Shown in pieces: positions 1-9,913 of a stretch of DNA of 48,293 bases. The notes below the pieces were generated by a model. The model ran no database searches. It saw nothing but the letters and a program-made list of their open reading frames with translations, and was not told the origin of the DNA. This DNA comes from Fidelibacterota bacterium (lineage in GTDB: Bacteria > Fidelibacterota > UBA2242), in the NCBI GenBank assembly GCA_049975265.1, contig JBNGDF010000018.1, forward strand, positions 1-48,293, read 5' to 3'. The number at the start of each line of letters is the position of its first letter. Position 1 is the stretch's first letter. Both the position numbers and the translations under genes were made by a program.

Positions 1-1239
1 ATTAAAAACGGTCTCTCCAGCCTCTTCCCAGTATTTCGCACCGTTCCAGCTCCCATAGCTGAAGAATTGAAAACCATCAACATAATCCACCGTCCGGCAG
101 GCATTGATAATCTCTTTATGCCGGTACCAGATTTTATTTTTCAGCAAGATATATGAACCCGGTCCGACGGAAAACAGGCGTCCGGCGGCTATTCCCGGCT
201 GGATATAATAGTCCCAGGATTCGGGATCATTGGCTGCCAGCATATCCAGAAAGCCGGCTCCCGTCGTCCAGTGATAATGCATCGGTGTCAGCTGCTCGAT
301 ATAGCCTTCATTAAACCAGAGCGCGGCGTCCTGATATACGGTTCCATAGCCCTGCCAACCCGACCAACGGTATTTGCCCAGTGCAGCAACGGATAAGCGT
401 ACCCAGGGTTTGACGGTCTGAATCGAATCGTGCAGGGTTCTGACGAATTCAGTCACCGACCAGCGCCACCATTCTTCCCAGCTTGAAAATCCCGCGGGAA
501 CACCACCGCTATAGGGGTGCTCGACATCATATAGATAGCGTCCGCTTTTGTTCATTTCCAGGTCTCTGACCTGTTCTTCAGTGATGATTCCATCCAGCAT
601 ACGGTTTGGATCAGTGGAAGCGGCGTACTGTTTGGAGCTCTTGGAGTTGGTGTATTCATTCCAGCGGACATAATCCAGATGCAGCCCGTCCACGTCGTAA
701 TTGTTGACAATCTCCATCGCCACATCAACGGTGTAATCCCGAACCGCCTGCAATCCGGGCGACAGACAGATGCTTTCGGTCATGGCGTTGCCAGACTGAT
801 CCCGACAGATCCATTCCGGATGCTCCGCCGCCGGTGCCCCTTCGACCGTACTCGCTGTCTGAAAGACGTTGAACCAGGCATGCACTTCCATGCCCCGTTT
901 ATGGGCTTCCTCGATTGCATAGGCAAGTGGGTCATAGCCTGGGTCAGAGCCACCGGCATAATATCCCCAGGGTTCGTAGGAAGAATTAAAATAAGCCGTT
1001 CCGCTCTGGCGGACCTGCCAGATCACAGCATTCATGTTGGCAGCCTGGTGGTTGTCCAGGATCTGGCGCACCCGGGCTTTATTGGTCTCGGTTGAAGATG
1101 AGCCACTGATATGCTCCCAGGTAATCACCCAGGTAGCCCGGAATTCTTCATTGTCACTGACACCTTTGGTGGATGTCTGTGAAAATCCGAGGTTAAAGGA
1201 CAGTGCAAAAACGGTGAGAATCGTACATATCTGCTTCAA
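1..1239 (-). CDS. Secreted family-10-like glycoside hydrolase (GHL10/YddW-like), 3' end runs off the window
   Basis: Not in the ORF track because there is no stop in the window. Manual translation of the - strand from TTG at 1239, preceded by GAAGGAGA: MKQICTILTVFALSFNLGFSQ...EEFRATWVITWEH...NMNAVIWQVRQSGTAYFNSSYEPW...YDPLAYAIEEAHKRGMEVHAWFN...NYDVDGLHLDYVR...YQDAALW. These are typical GHL10 motifs, with an N-terminal signal peptide. Confidence 0.88.
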   Translation of the reverse strand, partial: MKQICTILTVFALSFNLGFSQTSTKGVSDNEEFRATWVITWEHISGSSSTETNKARVRQILDNHQAANMNAVIWQVRQSGTAYFNSSYEPWGYYAGGSDPGYDPLAYAIEEAHKRGMEVHAWFNVFQTASTVEGAPAAEHPEWICRDQSGNAMTESICLSPGLQAVRDYTVDVAMEIVNNYDVDGLHLDYVRWNEYTNSKSSKQYAASTDPNRMLDGIITEEQVRDLEMNKSGRYLYDVEHPYSGGVPAGFSSWEEWWRWSVTEFVRTLHDSIQTVKPWVRLSVAALGKYRWSGWQGYGTVYQDAALWFNEGYIEQLTPMHYHWTTGAGFLDMLAANDPESWDYYIQPGIAAGRLFSVGPGSYILLKNKIWYRHKEIINACRTVDYVDGFQFFSYGSWNGAKYWEEAGETVFN

Positions 1240-1474
1240 GAGTATATCTCCTTCTGTTATTCCAAAATAATTTATAGATAATTCGGCAGCCTTACAATCA
1301 TCTTTTTCAGTTTGTGCGACTTTACCTGGATTTTTTCGCACTGAATCCACGTTCTTCAAGAATCATCTTTGCCTCTTACAAAAAAAATCCGGAAATTCTG
1401 GGTGGTTTTCTGATATGGTCAATTGTCTGATTCTCAGCCGCGGCTCATGAATTAAAAAGGGTGATTGCGACTCC

Positions 1475-2296
1475 GTGTTAAAAAAAATTCTGCTGTTCAT
1501 ACTACTCATTGTGATCATTGCCGCCGGCGTCTATATTCTCAGGAAGAATCCCGAGGATCAGCTTAAAAAAATTGTCTATCCGTCGGAATTCCGGGTAATG
1601 ACCTACAACATCCATCACGGGGTAGGCACCGACGGACTCTACAGTCTGTCACGGATTGTCCGTATTATTCGTGATTATGCTCCTCATTTTATCTGCCTGA
1701 ACGAGGTTGATTATAAAACAGAACGCACCTATCGCGACGATCAAGCCCGTATCCTCGCGGCGGAGCTGGGCATGGAATATACTTTTGCCAGAAACCTCTC
1801 GCTGCAGGGCGGCTGGTATGGCAATGCCATCCTATCGAAATATCCGATCTATTTCGCAGAGAATAAGATTTTTTCCACAGCTGAAAACCATGAGCCGCGT
1901 TCTGTTCTCCATGCCATTCTGTCGGTTCATGAAAAAAAACTGCATGTTTATTGCACCCATCTGAGCGTGGATTCTGTAAACAGTGCCGGCGAAATGAAAG
2001 AACTGATCAGTCACGTACTGGATTGGGGGCTGGAGGAACCGGTGATACTCGCCGGTGATTTGAATCTTCCACCAAATTCGCGGGTGGTCGGCGAATTGAC
2101 CTACTATCTTAATGACCTTGGTTCCCTGGCGAAGGTGGAACCGCTGACCTATCCCTCTGTGCGTCCCGAAAAACGGATCGATTATATTCTGATGAATGAC
2201 CAACTGAAACCGCTGTCGATTCAGGCTGTCCTGAATGACGAGAGTCGGGTCGGCAGTGATCATCTGCCGGTTTTCGCAGTGTTTCAGATGAAATGA
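1475..2296 (+). CDS. Endonuclease/exonuclease/phosphatase (EEP) family metal-dependent hydrolase with N-terminal membrane anchor
   Basis: Motifs RVMTYNIHHG, LNEVD, GNAILSKYP, THL, LAGDLN, RIDYI, SDHLPV; hydrophobic N-terminal helix. Confidence 0.9.
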   Translation: MLKKILLFILLIVIIAAGVYILRKNPEDQLKKIVYPSEFRVMTYNIHHGVGTDGLYSLSRIVRIIRDYAPHFICLNEVDYKTERTYRDDQARILAAELGMEYTFARNLSLQGGWYGNAILSKYPIYFAENKIFSTAENHEPRSVLHAILSVHEKKLHVYCTHLSVDSVNSAGEMKELISHVLDWGLEEPVILAGDLNLPPNSRVVGELTYYLNDLGSLAKVEPLTYPSVRPEKRIDYILMNDQLKPLSIQAVLNDESRVGSDHLPVFAVFQMK

Positions 2297-2327
2297 ATGA
2301 AAAATATTAAAAAAGGAGAAGAGAGGC

Positions 2328-3863
2328 ATGTTTGATTTCTTAAAAGAGTTGGGAATCAGAGAGGTAAACTATGGCGCCACACTGGGTAACAGCAGTGGCT
2401 GGATAAAAACGAAGGGAAAGCAGCTGATCAGCTATTCTCCCATTGATGGTAAGCCGATTGCCAGTGTCATTCAGGCGACCGCTGCGGATTATGATACGGT
2501 TATTCGAGAGGCTCAGAAAGCCTTTGAATCCTGGCGCATGGTGCCGGCGCCCAGACGGGGACAGATTGTGCGTGAAATCGGCGATATCCTGCGTCGCTAC
2601 AAAGAGCCCCTCGGAAAACTGGTGACGCTGGAAATGGGAAAAATCAAAGCCGAAGGCATGGGCGAAGTACAGGAGATGATTGATATTGCCGATTTTGCTG
2701 TTGGTCAAAGTCGTATGCTGTACGGCTTTACGATGCATAGTGAACGACCGAGGCACCGCATGTATGAGCAGTATCATCCCTACGGAATCATCGGGATTAT
2801 CACGTCATTTAATTTCCCGGTTGCCGTCTGGTCCTGGAACTCCCTGATCGCCGCCATCTGTGGTGATGTCAATGTCTGGAAACCCAGCTCCAAAGCCCCG
2901 CTGTGTGCCATCGCCGTGCAGAACATTATTGCGCCGGTGGTGGATAAATATGATTTAAAGGGTGTTTTTAATATGGTGATCGGCAAAGGATCGGAAGTGG
3001 GCGAGCGGCTGATCAATGATAAACGGGTGCCCCTGATCAGTATGACCGGCAGCACCGCAATGGGCAAGCGGATTGGCGAGGCGGTCAGTAAGCGGTTGGG
3101 ACGTACCATCCTGGAACTCGGCGGAAATAACGCTGTTATTGTGACTGAGGATGCCGATCTGGATATGGCGGTTCGGGCGACACTCTTCGGAGCAGTGGGA
3201 ACCGCCGGGCAGCGCTGTACCTCCACCCGTCGCATCATTATTCATAAATCGGTGAAAGAAAAATTTGTCAGCCGTCTTGTGAAAGCCTATTCCCAGGTCC
3301 GCATCGGGAATCCGCTGGAGGATGGCATTCTGATGGGACCGGTGATCGATCGCGCCGCCGTTGAATTGATGATGACGGCTATTCAGCGTGCCCGGAAATC
3401 CGGCGCCAAACTCCTCTATGGCGGTGACATCTACCGGGCGGAGGGGTTGGACGGCGGATTCTATGTCCAGCCGACCATTATGGAGGCGCGGAACGATTAT
3501 GATGTTGTTCAGGAGGAAACCTTTGCGCCGATTCTGTACATCATCGAATATGACGATTTTGACGAAGCGATTCGGATTCATAACGACGTGCCGCAGGGAT
3601 TAAGTTCGGCGATTTTTACCTCATCAATGTATTATCAGGAGCAGTTTCTGTCCCACGCCGGCTCCGATTGTGGAATTGCCAACGTGAATATCGGCACATC
3701 CGGTGCGGAGATCGGTGGTGCTTTCGGCGGCGAAAAGGAGACCGGTGGCGGTCGTGAATCGGGCTCCGATGCCTGGAAAGCCTATATGCGGCGTCAGACC
3801 AATACGATCAACTGGGGCAAGGAATTGCCTCTGGCGCAGGGGATAAAGTTCGATATCGACTGA
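2328..3863 (+). CDS. Aldehyde dehydrogenase family 7 (antiquitin / aminoadipate-semialdehyde or piperideine-6-carboxylate dehydrogenase-like)
   Basis: PAPRRGQIVR, FNFPVAVW, LELGGNNA, GTAGQRCT (catalytic Cys), ETFAPILY, GGEKETGGGRESGSDAWKAYMRRQT, LPLAQGIKF; RBS AAGGAG upstream. Confidence 0.93.
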   Translation: MFDFLKELGIREVNYGATLGNSSGWIKTKGKQLISYSPIDGKPIASVIQATAADYDTVIREAQKAFESWRMVPAPRRGQIVREIGDILRRYKEPLGKLVTLEMGKIKAEGMGEVQEMIDIADFAVGQSRMLYGFTMHSERPRHRMYEQYHPYGIIGIITSFNFPVAVWSWNSLIAAICGDVNVWKPSSKAPLCAIAVQNIIAPVVDKYDLKGVFNMVIGKGSEVGERLINDKRVPLISMTGSTAMGKRIGEAVSKRLGRTILELGGNNAVIVTEDADLDMAVRATLFGAVGTAGQRCTSTRRIIIHKSVKEKFVSRLVKAYSQVRIGNPLEDGILMGPVIDRAAVELMMTAIQRARKSGAKLLYGGDIYRAEGLDGGFYVQPTIMEARNDYDVVQEETFAPILYIIEYDDFDEAIRIHNDVPQGLSSAIFTSSMYYQEQFLSHAGSDCGIANVNIGTSGAEIGGAFGGEKETGGGRESGSDAWKAYMRRQTNTINWGKELPLAQGIKFDID

Positions 3864-3910
3864 CACAAAAGCGGGATTACGGCTCATTTTACCGTTTTTG
3901 AGGAGCAAGG

Positions 3911-3945
3911 GCAGAGGACAGGAACTTTACCTGTCCTTTGTTTTG
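3911..3945 (+). terminator. Probable Rho-independent terminator after the ALDH gene
   Basis: GCAGAGGACAGG-aacttta-CCTGTCCTTTGT (12-bp stem with two G-U pairs) followed by TTT. Confidence 0.65.
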
Positions 3946-3966
3946 TAAAACTGCTAAATTCTGTCC

Positions 3967-4677
3967 ATGAATAATAAGGGGATTCTTTATATTGTTGCAA
4001 CGCCGATCGGGAATTTCGATGATATAACCTTGCGTGCCATCGAAGTTCTTAGAACCGTGGATGTCATCGCCTGTGAAGATACCCGTCACTCGGCGAAATT
4101 GCTGAACCATTTTGGCATTCAGGCGAAAAAAATCAGCTATTATGATGAGGTTGAAACCCAACGTAGCGGTGTCCTGATTGCAATGCTGGAATCGGGTAAA
4201 TCCGTTGCCCTTATATCCGACGCCGGGACACCCGGCATTAGCGATCCGGGGTATCGGGTTATTGAGAAGGCGCTGGCAGACGGCATTACCGTGATCCCGG
4301 TTCCCGGTCCGTCGGCAGTATTGGCGGCACTGGTGGCGTCGGGCTTTGCCACTGACCGTTTTACCTTCGAGGGCTTTTTACCCCGAAAAAAGGGTCGCCG
4401 GACGCGCCTGGAGGAACTGAGTAACGAAGCCCGCACGATGATTCTCTTTGAGAGCCGCCTGCGTCTGCTGAAAACCCTGAAAGACCTCGAGACTTACTTT
4501 GGAGACCGCCGGATCGTCATCGGGCGCGAGATGACCAAATACTATGAGGAATACACGCGCGGTACCATTCCCGAGGTGATTCTTCATTTTACAGAAAATG
4601 TACCCCGCGGTGAATTTGTCATTGTCATTGAGGGATTGACACGAAAAGTGAAGAAAGAATATCCCGCAGAGAAGTAG
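3967..4677 (+). CDS. rsmI: 16S rRNA (cytidine1402-2'-O)-methyltransferase
   Basis: LYIVATPIGN, IACEDTRHS, LISDAGTPGISDPG, PVPGPSA, FEGFLPRK, REMTKYYEE, RGEFVIVI. Confidence 0.95.
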   Translation: MNNKGILYIVATPIGNFDDITLRAIEVLRTVDVIACEDTRHSAKLLNHFGIQAKKISYYDEVETQRSGVLIAMLESGKSVALISDAGTPGISDPGYRVIEKALADGITVIPVPGPSAVLAALVASGFATDRFTFEGFLPRKKGRRTRLEELSNEARTMILFESRLRLLKTLKDLETYFGDRRIVIGREMTKYYEEYTRGTIPEVILHFTENVPRGEFVIVIEGLTRKVKKEYPAEK

Positions 4678-4683
4678 TTCATT

Positions 4684-5850
4684 ATGGATCGTCAGCCGAC
4701 AATAGTAGCACTTGTCGAATGCCGGAGCTATGAAAATGACCGGGTAGAGGCGGCGGTGCGCAAAGGTCTGGAATTCATCGGTGGTCTCGGCGCTGTTTTT
4801 AATAATCGGGAGAAAAAATTATTACTCAAGCCCAATGCCCTTTCGGCGAAAGACCCCGGGCGCTGTGTGACGACTCATCCCGCTGTCTTTCGGGCGGCTG
4901 CCCGGATTCTGCGGGAAGCGAACTTCGAATTAACCTACGGCGATTCCCCATCCGTTGGAAAGATTCCGAATGTTATGGCGAAAGTCGGAATTAAGCCGGT
5001 GGCGGATGAACTGGATATTCCGCTGGCGGATTTTGAAAATGGACGCACGGTCTCATTTCCGGAAGGTCGGCACATCAGGCAGTTTTATATTGCCGATGGT
5101 GCACTGGAATGCGATGCAATCGTCAGTTTACCGAAACTGAAAACCCACGGATTGACCCGGATGACCAGCGCTGTGAAAAATCAGTTCGGCTGTATTCCCG
5201 GATTTTCCAAACCGGAATTTCATGTCAAATTACCCGATGCCGAGCAATTTGCGGAGATGTTGGTTGACCTGAACCGTCTTTTGAAACCGAAATTGTATAT
5301 TATGGATGCGATTCAGTCGATGGAAGGGAACGGTCCGGGCAGTGGTGAACCGGTTGAAACCGGCTTCATCCTGATTGGCACGGATCCTGTAGCGCTGGAT
5401 ACGGTCGCCTGTTTGACCATGAATATTTCGCCCGGTAAAGTGCCTACCAACCGAATCGGGGCAGCGCTCGGGCTCGGTATCGGCGATCCCGAGAAAATCC
5501 AAATTGTAGGTGACAACTGGCAAAAATTTGTAAAGAAGGACTTTGTCATCAATCGGGGGATCGAAGTGAAAAGCGGTTCCCCTCTGCGGACGCGCCTGGC
5601 GCGGAAATTTCTGATACTGAAACCGGTCATCAATCGGGATTTATGTCAGCGCTGCAATGTCTGTGTAGAGCAATGTCCGGTGACGCCCAAAGCGCTGTTC
5701 TGGAAGAACGATGATCATACCAAGCCGCCGGTGTACGATTATCAGAAGTGTATCCGCTGTTACTGCTGTCAGGAGGTCTGCCCGTATGGTGCGATTTCCA
5801 CCCGTGCTCCGCTTTTAAGAAAAATTTTTAATGCATTGTACCCATTTTAA
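4684..5850 (+). CDS. DUF362 domain protein with C-terminal 2x[4Fe-4S] ferredoxin domain
   Basis: LLKPN, TTHP, GDSP, LPKLKTH, AVKNQFG, MEGNGP, DPVALD; CQRCNVCVEQCP and CIRCYCCQEVCP. Confidence 0.9.
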   Translation: MDRQPTIVALVECRSYENDRVEAAVRKGLEFIGGLGAVFNNREKKLLLKPNALSAKDPGRCVTTHPAVFRAAARILREANFELTYGDSPSVGKIPNVMAKVGIKPVADELDIPLADFENGRTVSFPEGRHIRQFYIADGALECDAIVSLPKLKTHGLTRMTSAVKNQFGCIPGFSKPEFHVKLPDAEQFAEMLVDLNRLLKPKLYIMDAIQSMEGNGPGSGEPVETGFILIGTDPVALDTVACLTMNISPGKVPTNRIGAALGLGIGDPEKIQIVGDNWQKFVKKDFVINRGIEVKSGSPLRTRLARKFLILKPVINRDLCQRCNVCVEQCPVTPKALFWKNDDHTKPPVYDYQKCIRCYCCQEVCPYGAISTRAPLLRKIFNALYPF

Positions 5851-5859
5851 TGAGGAGCC

Positions 5860-6234
5860 ATGATTTCATTTTATCTGCTTGAAAGTCTGCTGTTTCTGTT
5901 GTTTGGCGCCGTGTTGATTTTCCGGAGCCGGATTCTGAAGAATCTGATCGCCTTTTTAGCGCAACGAAAACTGTTATTCATTCCCGGTATTTTCGAAATA
6001 ATCTTTGGTCTTTTGACACTTCACTTCCGCCACGAAACGCGGTTGACACCATTTGTATTTCTGGTGGGAATTCTGTTGTTTATTGACGGGATTTTCTATC
6101 TGCTGCTTTCGGAAAAACTGAAACCCACAATCGACTGGCTGTTGCAGTTGAATGAGAAAAGTTACCGGATATACGGTCTGGTAATGGTGCTGGTGGCACT
6201 GGGGATGGGACTCGCTGCCCAGTTGACGGTCTAG
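5860..6234 (+). CDS. Small membrane protein of unknown function (about 4 TM helices)
   Basis: Hydrophobic ORF with GAGGAG RBS, 9 nt after the previous stop. Confidence 0.75.
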   Translation: MISFYLLESLLFLLFGAVLIFRSRILKNLIAFLAQRKLLFIPGIFEIIFGLLTLHFRHETRLTPFVFLVGILLFIDGIFYLLLSEKLKPTIDWLLQLNEKSYRIYGLVMVLVALGMGLAAQLTV

Positions 6235-6316
6235 AGACGGCTACCGGACGCCGTTGGAAATTGAATAAACTCTTTCCGATCGCGATTTCATAGCCTATAA
6301 ATAAGTAAAAAAAGTA

Positions 6317-6345
6317 TTGACAACAATTTTTGTAACCTATATATT
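6317..6345 (+). promoter_or_regulatory. Sigma70-type promoter of the alpha-glucan locus
   Basis: TTGACA (6317-6322), 17-nt spacer, TATATT (6340-6345); A-rich UP-like tract upstream; first CDS starts at 6397. Confidence 0.75.
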
Positions 6346-6396
6346 TTTGATTAGTAACTCAAATATGAACTACAACGATATGCGGCTAACTTAAAC

Positions 6397-8235
6397 ATGA
6401 AAAAATTTCCCAAACCAACGACGCTATTGCTTTTAATTTTTGGGTTAATAAATGATTTCCATTGTGCCAGCGAAGGTGGTCTCGATACAGTCCCCGACTG
6501 GGCTGCAGATGTTGTCTGGTATCAGATTTTTCCGGAACGATTCCGCAACGGCGATCCTGGCAATGACCCGACTATTGAGACTCTCGACGGGACCTGGCCG
6601 TATGAGAAGCAAACGGAATGGGCAATCACTCCGTGGACGTCCGATTGGTATAAACTGCAACCCTGGGAGAAGGGAAATGGGCGGGGTTTTTATTACAATG
6701 CCCAACTGCGGCGCTATGGCGGAGATATTCAGGGAATTATCGATAAACTGGACTATCTTCAGGAGTTGGGTGTCAATGCACTTTACCTGAATCCGGTTTT
6801 TGAATCTGCCTCGTCTCATAAATACGGTGCCACCATGTACCATCATATTGATAATAATTTCGGTCCCGATCCGGAGGGTGACATTAGAATCTGGAATTTG
6901 GAAACACCGGACGATCCGGCGACCTGGCGCTGGACTGCAGCGGACAGGCTCTTTTTGAAGCTGATCGATGAAGTCCATCAACGGGATATGAAAATTATAA
7001 TCGATGGTGTTTTTAACCATGTTGGCATTCCTTTCTGGGCATTTCAGGATGTAAAACAGAAGGGCAAAAAGAGTAAATATCTGGATTGGTTTATTATCAA
7101 GTCCTTTGATAATCCGCACACAAAGAAGGACGAATTCGACTATCAGGGTTGGTATGGAGTCATGGATTTGCCGGAAATCCGGGAAAATAAAAACGGTCCC
7201 TGTGATTCTTTCCGGGAGCATATTCAGGCGGTTGTACACCGCTGGATGGACCCGAATGGTGACGGGAACCCGGAAGACGGTATTGACGGTTGGCGGCTGG
7301 ATGTGGCGGAAATGGTCAGTAAAGAGTTCTGGCGGGATTTCCGCCGGTGGGTACGCGGGATCAATCCGGAAGCCTATCTGACTGGTGAGATTTGGTGGGA
7401 AAATTTTTCTGAAAATATAATGTTCGATGCGTCACCGTGGCTGCAGGGTGACATTTTCGACGCTGTGATGAATTACCGTTTCGCCGACGCTATGCTGAAA
7501 GCCTGTGTAGATAAAGAAATGCAGATCCGTCCCACTCAGTTGGATAATCTGCTTGGATTCGTACGGAGAAAGTACCCTCAACCGAATCAGCAGGTGCTGA
7601 TGAATTTGATGGGCAGTCACGACACCGAGCGTTTTGCTTCCATGGTGATCAATCCCGACCGTTGGATCGATCATGCGTCCAATCTGAATTACGATGAGGA
7701 ATTTGAGATCAGAAAACCGATGGAAGAAGAACGAGAAGTTCAGAAACTGATTCTCGCCTTTCAATTCTGCTATCCTGGTGCTCCCTATATCTATTATGGT
7801 GATGAGGTGGGTATGTGGGGCGCCGATGATCCCGATTGCCGCAAACCGATGGTCTGGGAAGATTATCAATACGAACCGGAAACCCATCACCCCTTTGGAC
7901 AGCCACGCCCTGTCGATTCGGTAGAGGTCAATAGAGATCTGCTGGAATACTACCGGCAGCTGATCCGGATACGGAAAGATCACCCGGCGCTTAGACGCGG
8001 AGAATACGAGACAGTCTATACCATTGATGATTCCCAGATTTTTGTATTTGAAAGGAGTTACCGGTCAGATAAAATTCGGGTGGCATTTAATTTTTCTGAA
8101 GAGATCCAGTCGGTGCCTGTTGAAAAATGCCTTGGTGATGATCAGGAATCCTGGCGCTTAATTCATGGAGAGATTCGTGATTTTGCTGCCATACCACCTA
8201 AATCTTTTGGAATATACAAGCGAGGAAATGATTAA
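6397..8235 (+). CDS. GH13 alpha-amylase family (neopullulanase/cyclomaltodextrinase-like), exported
   Basis: VWYQIFPERFRNGDP, YGGDIQGIIDKLDYLQELGVNALYLNP; conserved regions DGVFNH, GWRLDVA, GEIW, GSHD; YYGDEVGM..ADDPDCR; N-terminal signal-like sequence. Confidence 0.93.
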   Translation: MKKFPKPTTLLLLIFGLINDFHCASEGGLDTVPDWAADVVWYQIFPERFRNGDPGNDPTIETLDGTWPYEKQTEWAITPWTSDWYKLQPWEKGNGRGFYYNAQLRRYGGDIQGIIDKLDYLQELGVNALYLNPVFESASSHKYGATMYHHIDNNFGPDPEGDIRIWNLETPDDPATWRWTAADRLFLKLIDEVHQRDMKIIIDGVFNHVGIPFWAFQDVKQKGKKSKYLDWFIIKSFDNPHTKKDEFDYQGWYGVMDLPEIRENKNGPCDSFREHIQAVVHRWMDPNGDGNPEDGIDGWRLDVAEMVSKEFWRDFRRWVRGINPEAYLTGEIWWENFSENIMFDASPWLQGDIFDAVMNYRFADAMLKACVDKEMQIRPTQLDNLLGFVRRKYPQPNQQVLMNLMGSHDTERFASMVINPDRWIDHASNLNYDEEFEIRKPMEEEREVQKLILAFQFCYPGAPYIYYGDEVGMWGADDPDCRKPMVWEDYQYEPETHHPFGQPRPVDSVEVNRDLLEYYRQLIRIRKDHPALRRGEYETVYTIDDSQIFVFERSYRSDKIRVAFNFSEEIQSVPVEKCLGDDQESWRLIHGEIRDFAAIPPKSFGIYKRGND

Positions 8236-9913
8236 AGCGCATATCTTTGCGGGATTGCTTTTATTGGCGGCTATTGCGGGGTGTGATCGCAAACCGGCAC
8301 CTGCCAATCTGCTTGCTCGGGTAGAAGATCGTCAGGTCACGGTTGAAGATTACACGACGCGGTATATCGATTTTCTAAGAAAGACCGGGATAAATGATAA
8401 TCTGAAAGTCCGGCATGATTTTTTAAAAACACTGGTAAATGAGGCGGTTATCCTTGAATACGCACGACAGAAGCAGATTCATAAGGAGCCGGAGTTGCAG
8501 ACCCGGCTACAGAATAAATGTGAACAGCTGTATCTGGATTATTATTACGAAAATTACATCTATCCACAATTAACTATATCGGAAGCAGAATTACGGGAAG
8601 CCTTTCGTCGATCGAAAATTCGGTTACACGCGCGACACCTGTATGCTCCCACACTGGATGCGGCATTTGCGATTCGCAAGCAGTTAAATCAGGGAAAAAG
8701 CTTCGAATCGTTAGCCCGGGAGCTGTTCAACGATCCGACACTAGCATCCAATGGCGGTGATCTGGGCTGGTTCAGTTATGATGAGATGGATCCGAATTTT
8801 GAAGATGCGGCATATTCGATGCAGGTGGGCGAGATTTCCGAGCCGGTAAAGACCAGTGACGGCTACAGCATCATTCAGCTGCTGGATGCAGAGATAGACC
8901 CCTTTATTACAGAATCCGATTATGCAAAGAATGAAAAATGGTTGCAGTTGCAGGTGAAGCGGCGCAAGCATGCCCGTTTTCTGGAGGCTAAAACAGACGA
9001 AATCCTGGCTCAATTGGAGCTGCAGTTTGATCCGGGTGGCTTAGAGCAGCTAATTCAACATTTTCCACTGATTCGGTCGCAAATTCTCGATGAAGCAGAT
9101 CTTATGGAATCCCACCCGGTCGAACCCGATGTGGTATTGCTAATCTCAAAAAATGGCAATTGGACCCTGCAGAAAGCAATCGTTAAGATGGCGGAACTGA
9201 ACCGCAAACAGTGGAACAGGATTCAGAACGAAGACGATCTGGTTCAGGCTATTACAGGACTTGTCATCCGGGAAGAAATCGAGCGGCGAATCGAAGAAAA
9301 AGAGATCAACAACCGACCGGATGTCATTCAACTGGCGAGTCAGAAACGAGATCATGTCATTCTGCAGTATATCGGAGAGAAATTACTGGATACATTGACG
9401 ATTTCTGAAGAGGTGCTTCGCGACTATTTTGAAGCACACCGGGATGAAATGGTATCATCAGAAAGGTATGAAATAGCGGAAATTGCAGTGCCCGATTCAT
9501 TAACGGCTGGGAGGCTTTGTGAGCGGTTGCGATCCGGTGCGGACTTTGGAGAATTGGCAAGGAGCTATTCTCAGAGTGAGCGCAGTTCGAGCCAGAATGG
9601 ATATCTAGGGTGGGGAACTTTGGAGCAATTTGGAAAATTGTCGGAAAAAATCAGAGGTTCGCGCACCGGTGATATTTTGGGACCAATTCGGTATTATGAC
9701 AAATATATGGTGCTGAAAGTGCTTGATGTCCATGAGCCGGTACCACTTGAATTCGACGATGCACGGAGGCTCATCGAGTCGCGGCTAAAACCGCAGGCGT
9801 TTCATGACGCATATTACCGAATAATGAATTCCGCTCGGACAGAATTAACCATTAAAATCGAGAGTGGCTTGGTTGATAAATTAAACATTGATATAAAACG
9901 GGGAAAATCATGA
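8228..9913 (+). CDS. Parvulin/PpiC-type peptidyl-prolyl isomerase lipoprotein (SurA/PrsA-like, two rotamase domains)
   Basis: Start re-called at ATG 8228 (GAGGAA RBS, overlaps the amylase stop); lipobox LLLAAIAG-C; SFESLAREL..SNGGDLGWF...GEISEPVKTSDGYSII and DFGELARSYS...NGYLGW. Confidence 0.88.
   Translation: MIKAHIFAGLLLLAAIAGCDRKPAPANLLARVEDRQVTVEDYTTRYIDFLRKTGINDNLKVRHDFLKTLVNEAVILEYARQKQIHKEPELQTRLQNKCEQLYLDYYYENYIYPQLTISEAELREAFRRSKIRLHARHLYAPTLDAAFAIRKQLNQGKSFESLARELFNDPTLASNGGDLGWFSYDEMDPNFEDAAYSMQVGEISEPVKTSDGYSIIQLLDAEIDPFITESDYAKNEKWLQLQVKRRKHARFLEAKTDEILAQLELQFDPGGLEQLIQHFPLIRSQILDEADLMESHPVEPDVVLLISKNGNWTLQKAIVKMAELNRKQWNRIQNEDDLVQAITGLVIREEIERRIEEKEINNRPDVIQLASQKRDHVILQYIGEKLLDTLTISEEVLRDYFEAHRDEMVSSERYEIAEIAVPDSLTAGRLCERLRSGADFGELARSYSQSERSSSQNGYLGWGTLEQFGKLSEKIRGSRTGDILGPIRYYDKYMVLKVLDVHEPVPLEFDDARRLIESRLKPQAFHDAYYRIMNSARTELTIKIESGLVDKLNIDIKRGKS

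Noticed and set aside
679..1270. + strand ORFs 679-1095 and 1034-1270
   Set aside because: Antisense shadows of the - strand GHL10 gene; no motifs or RBS.
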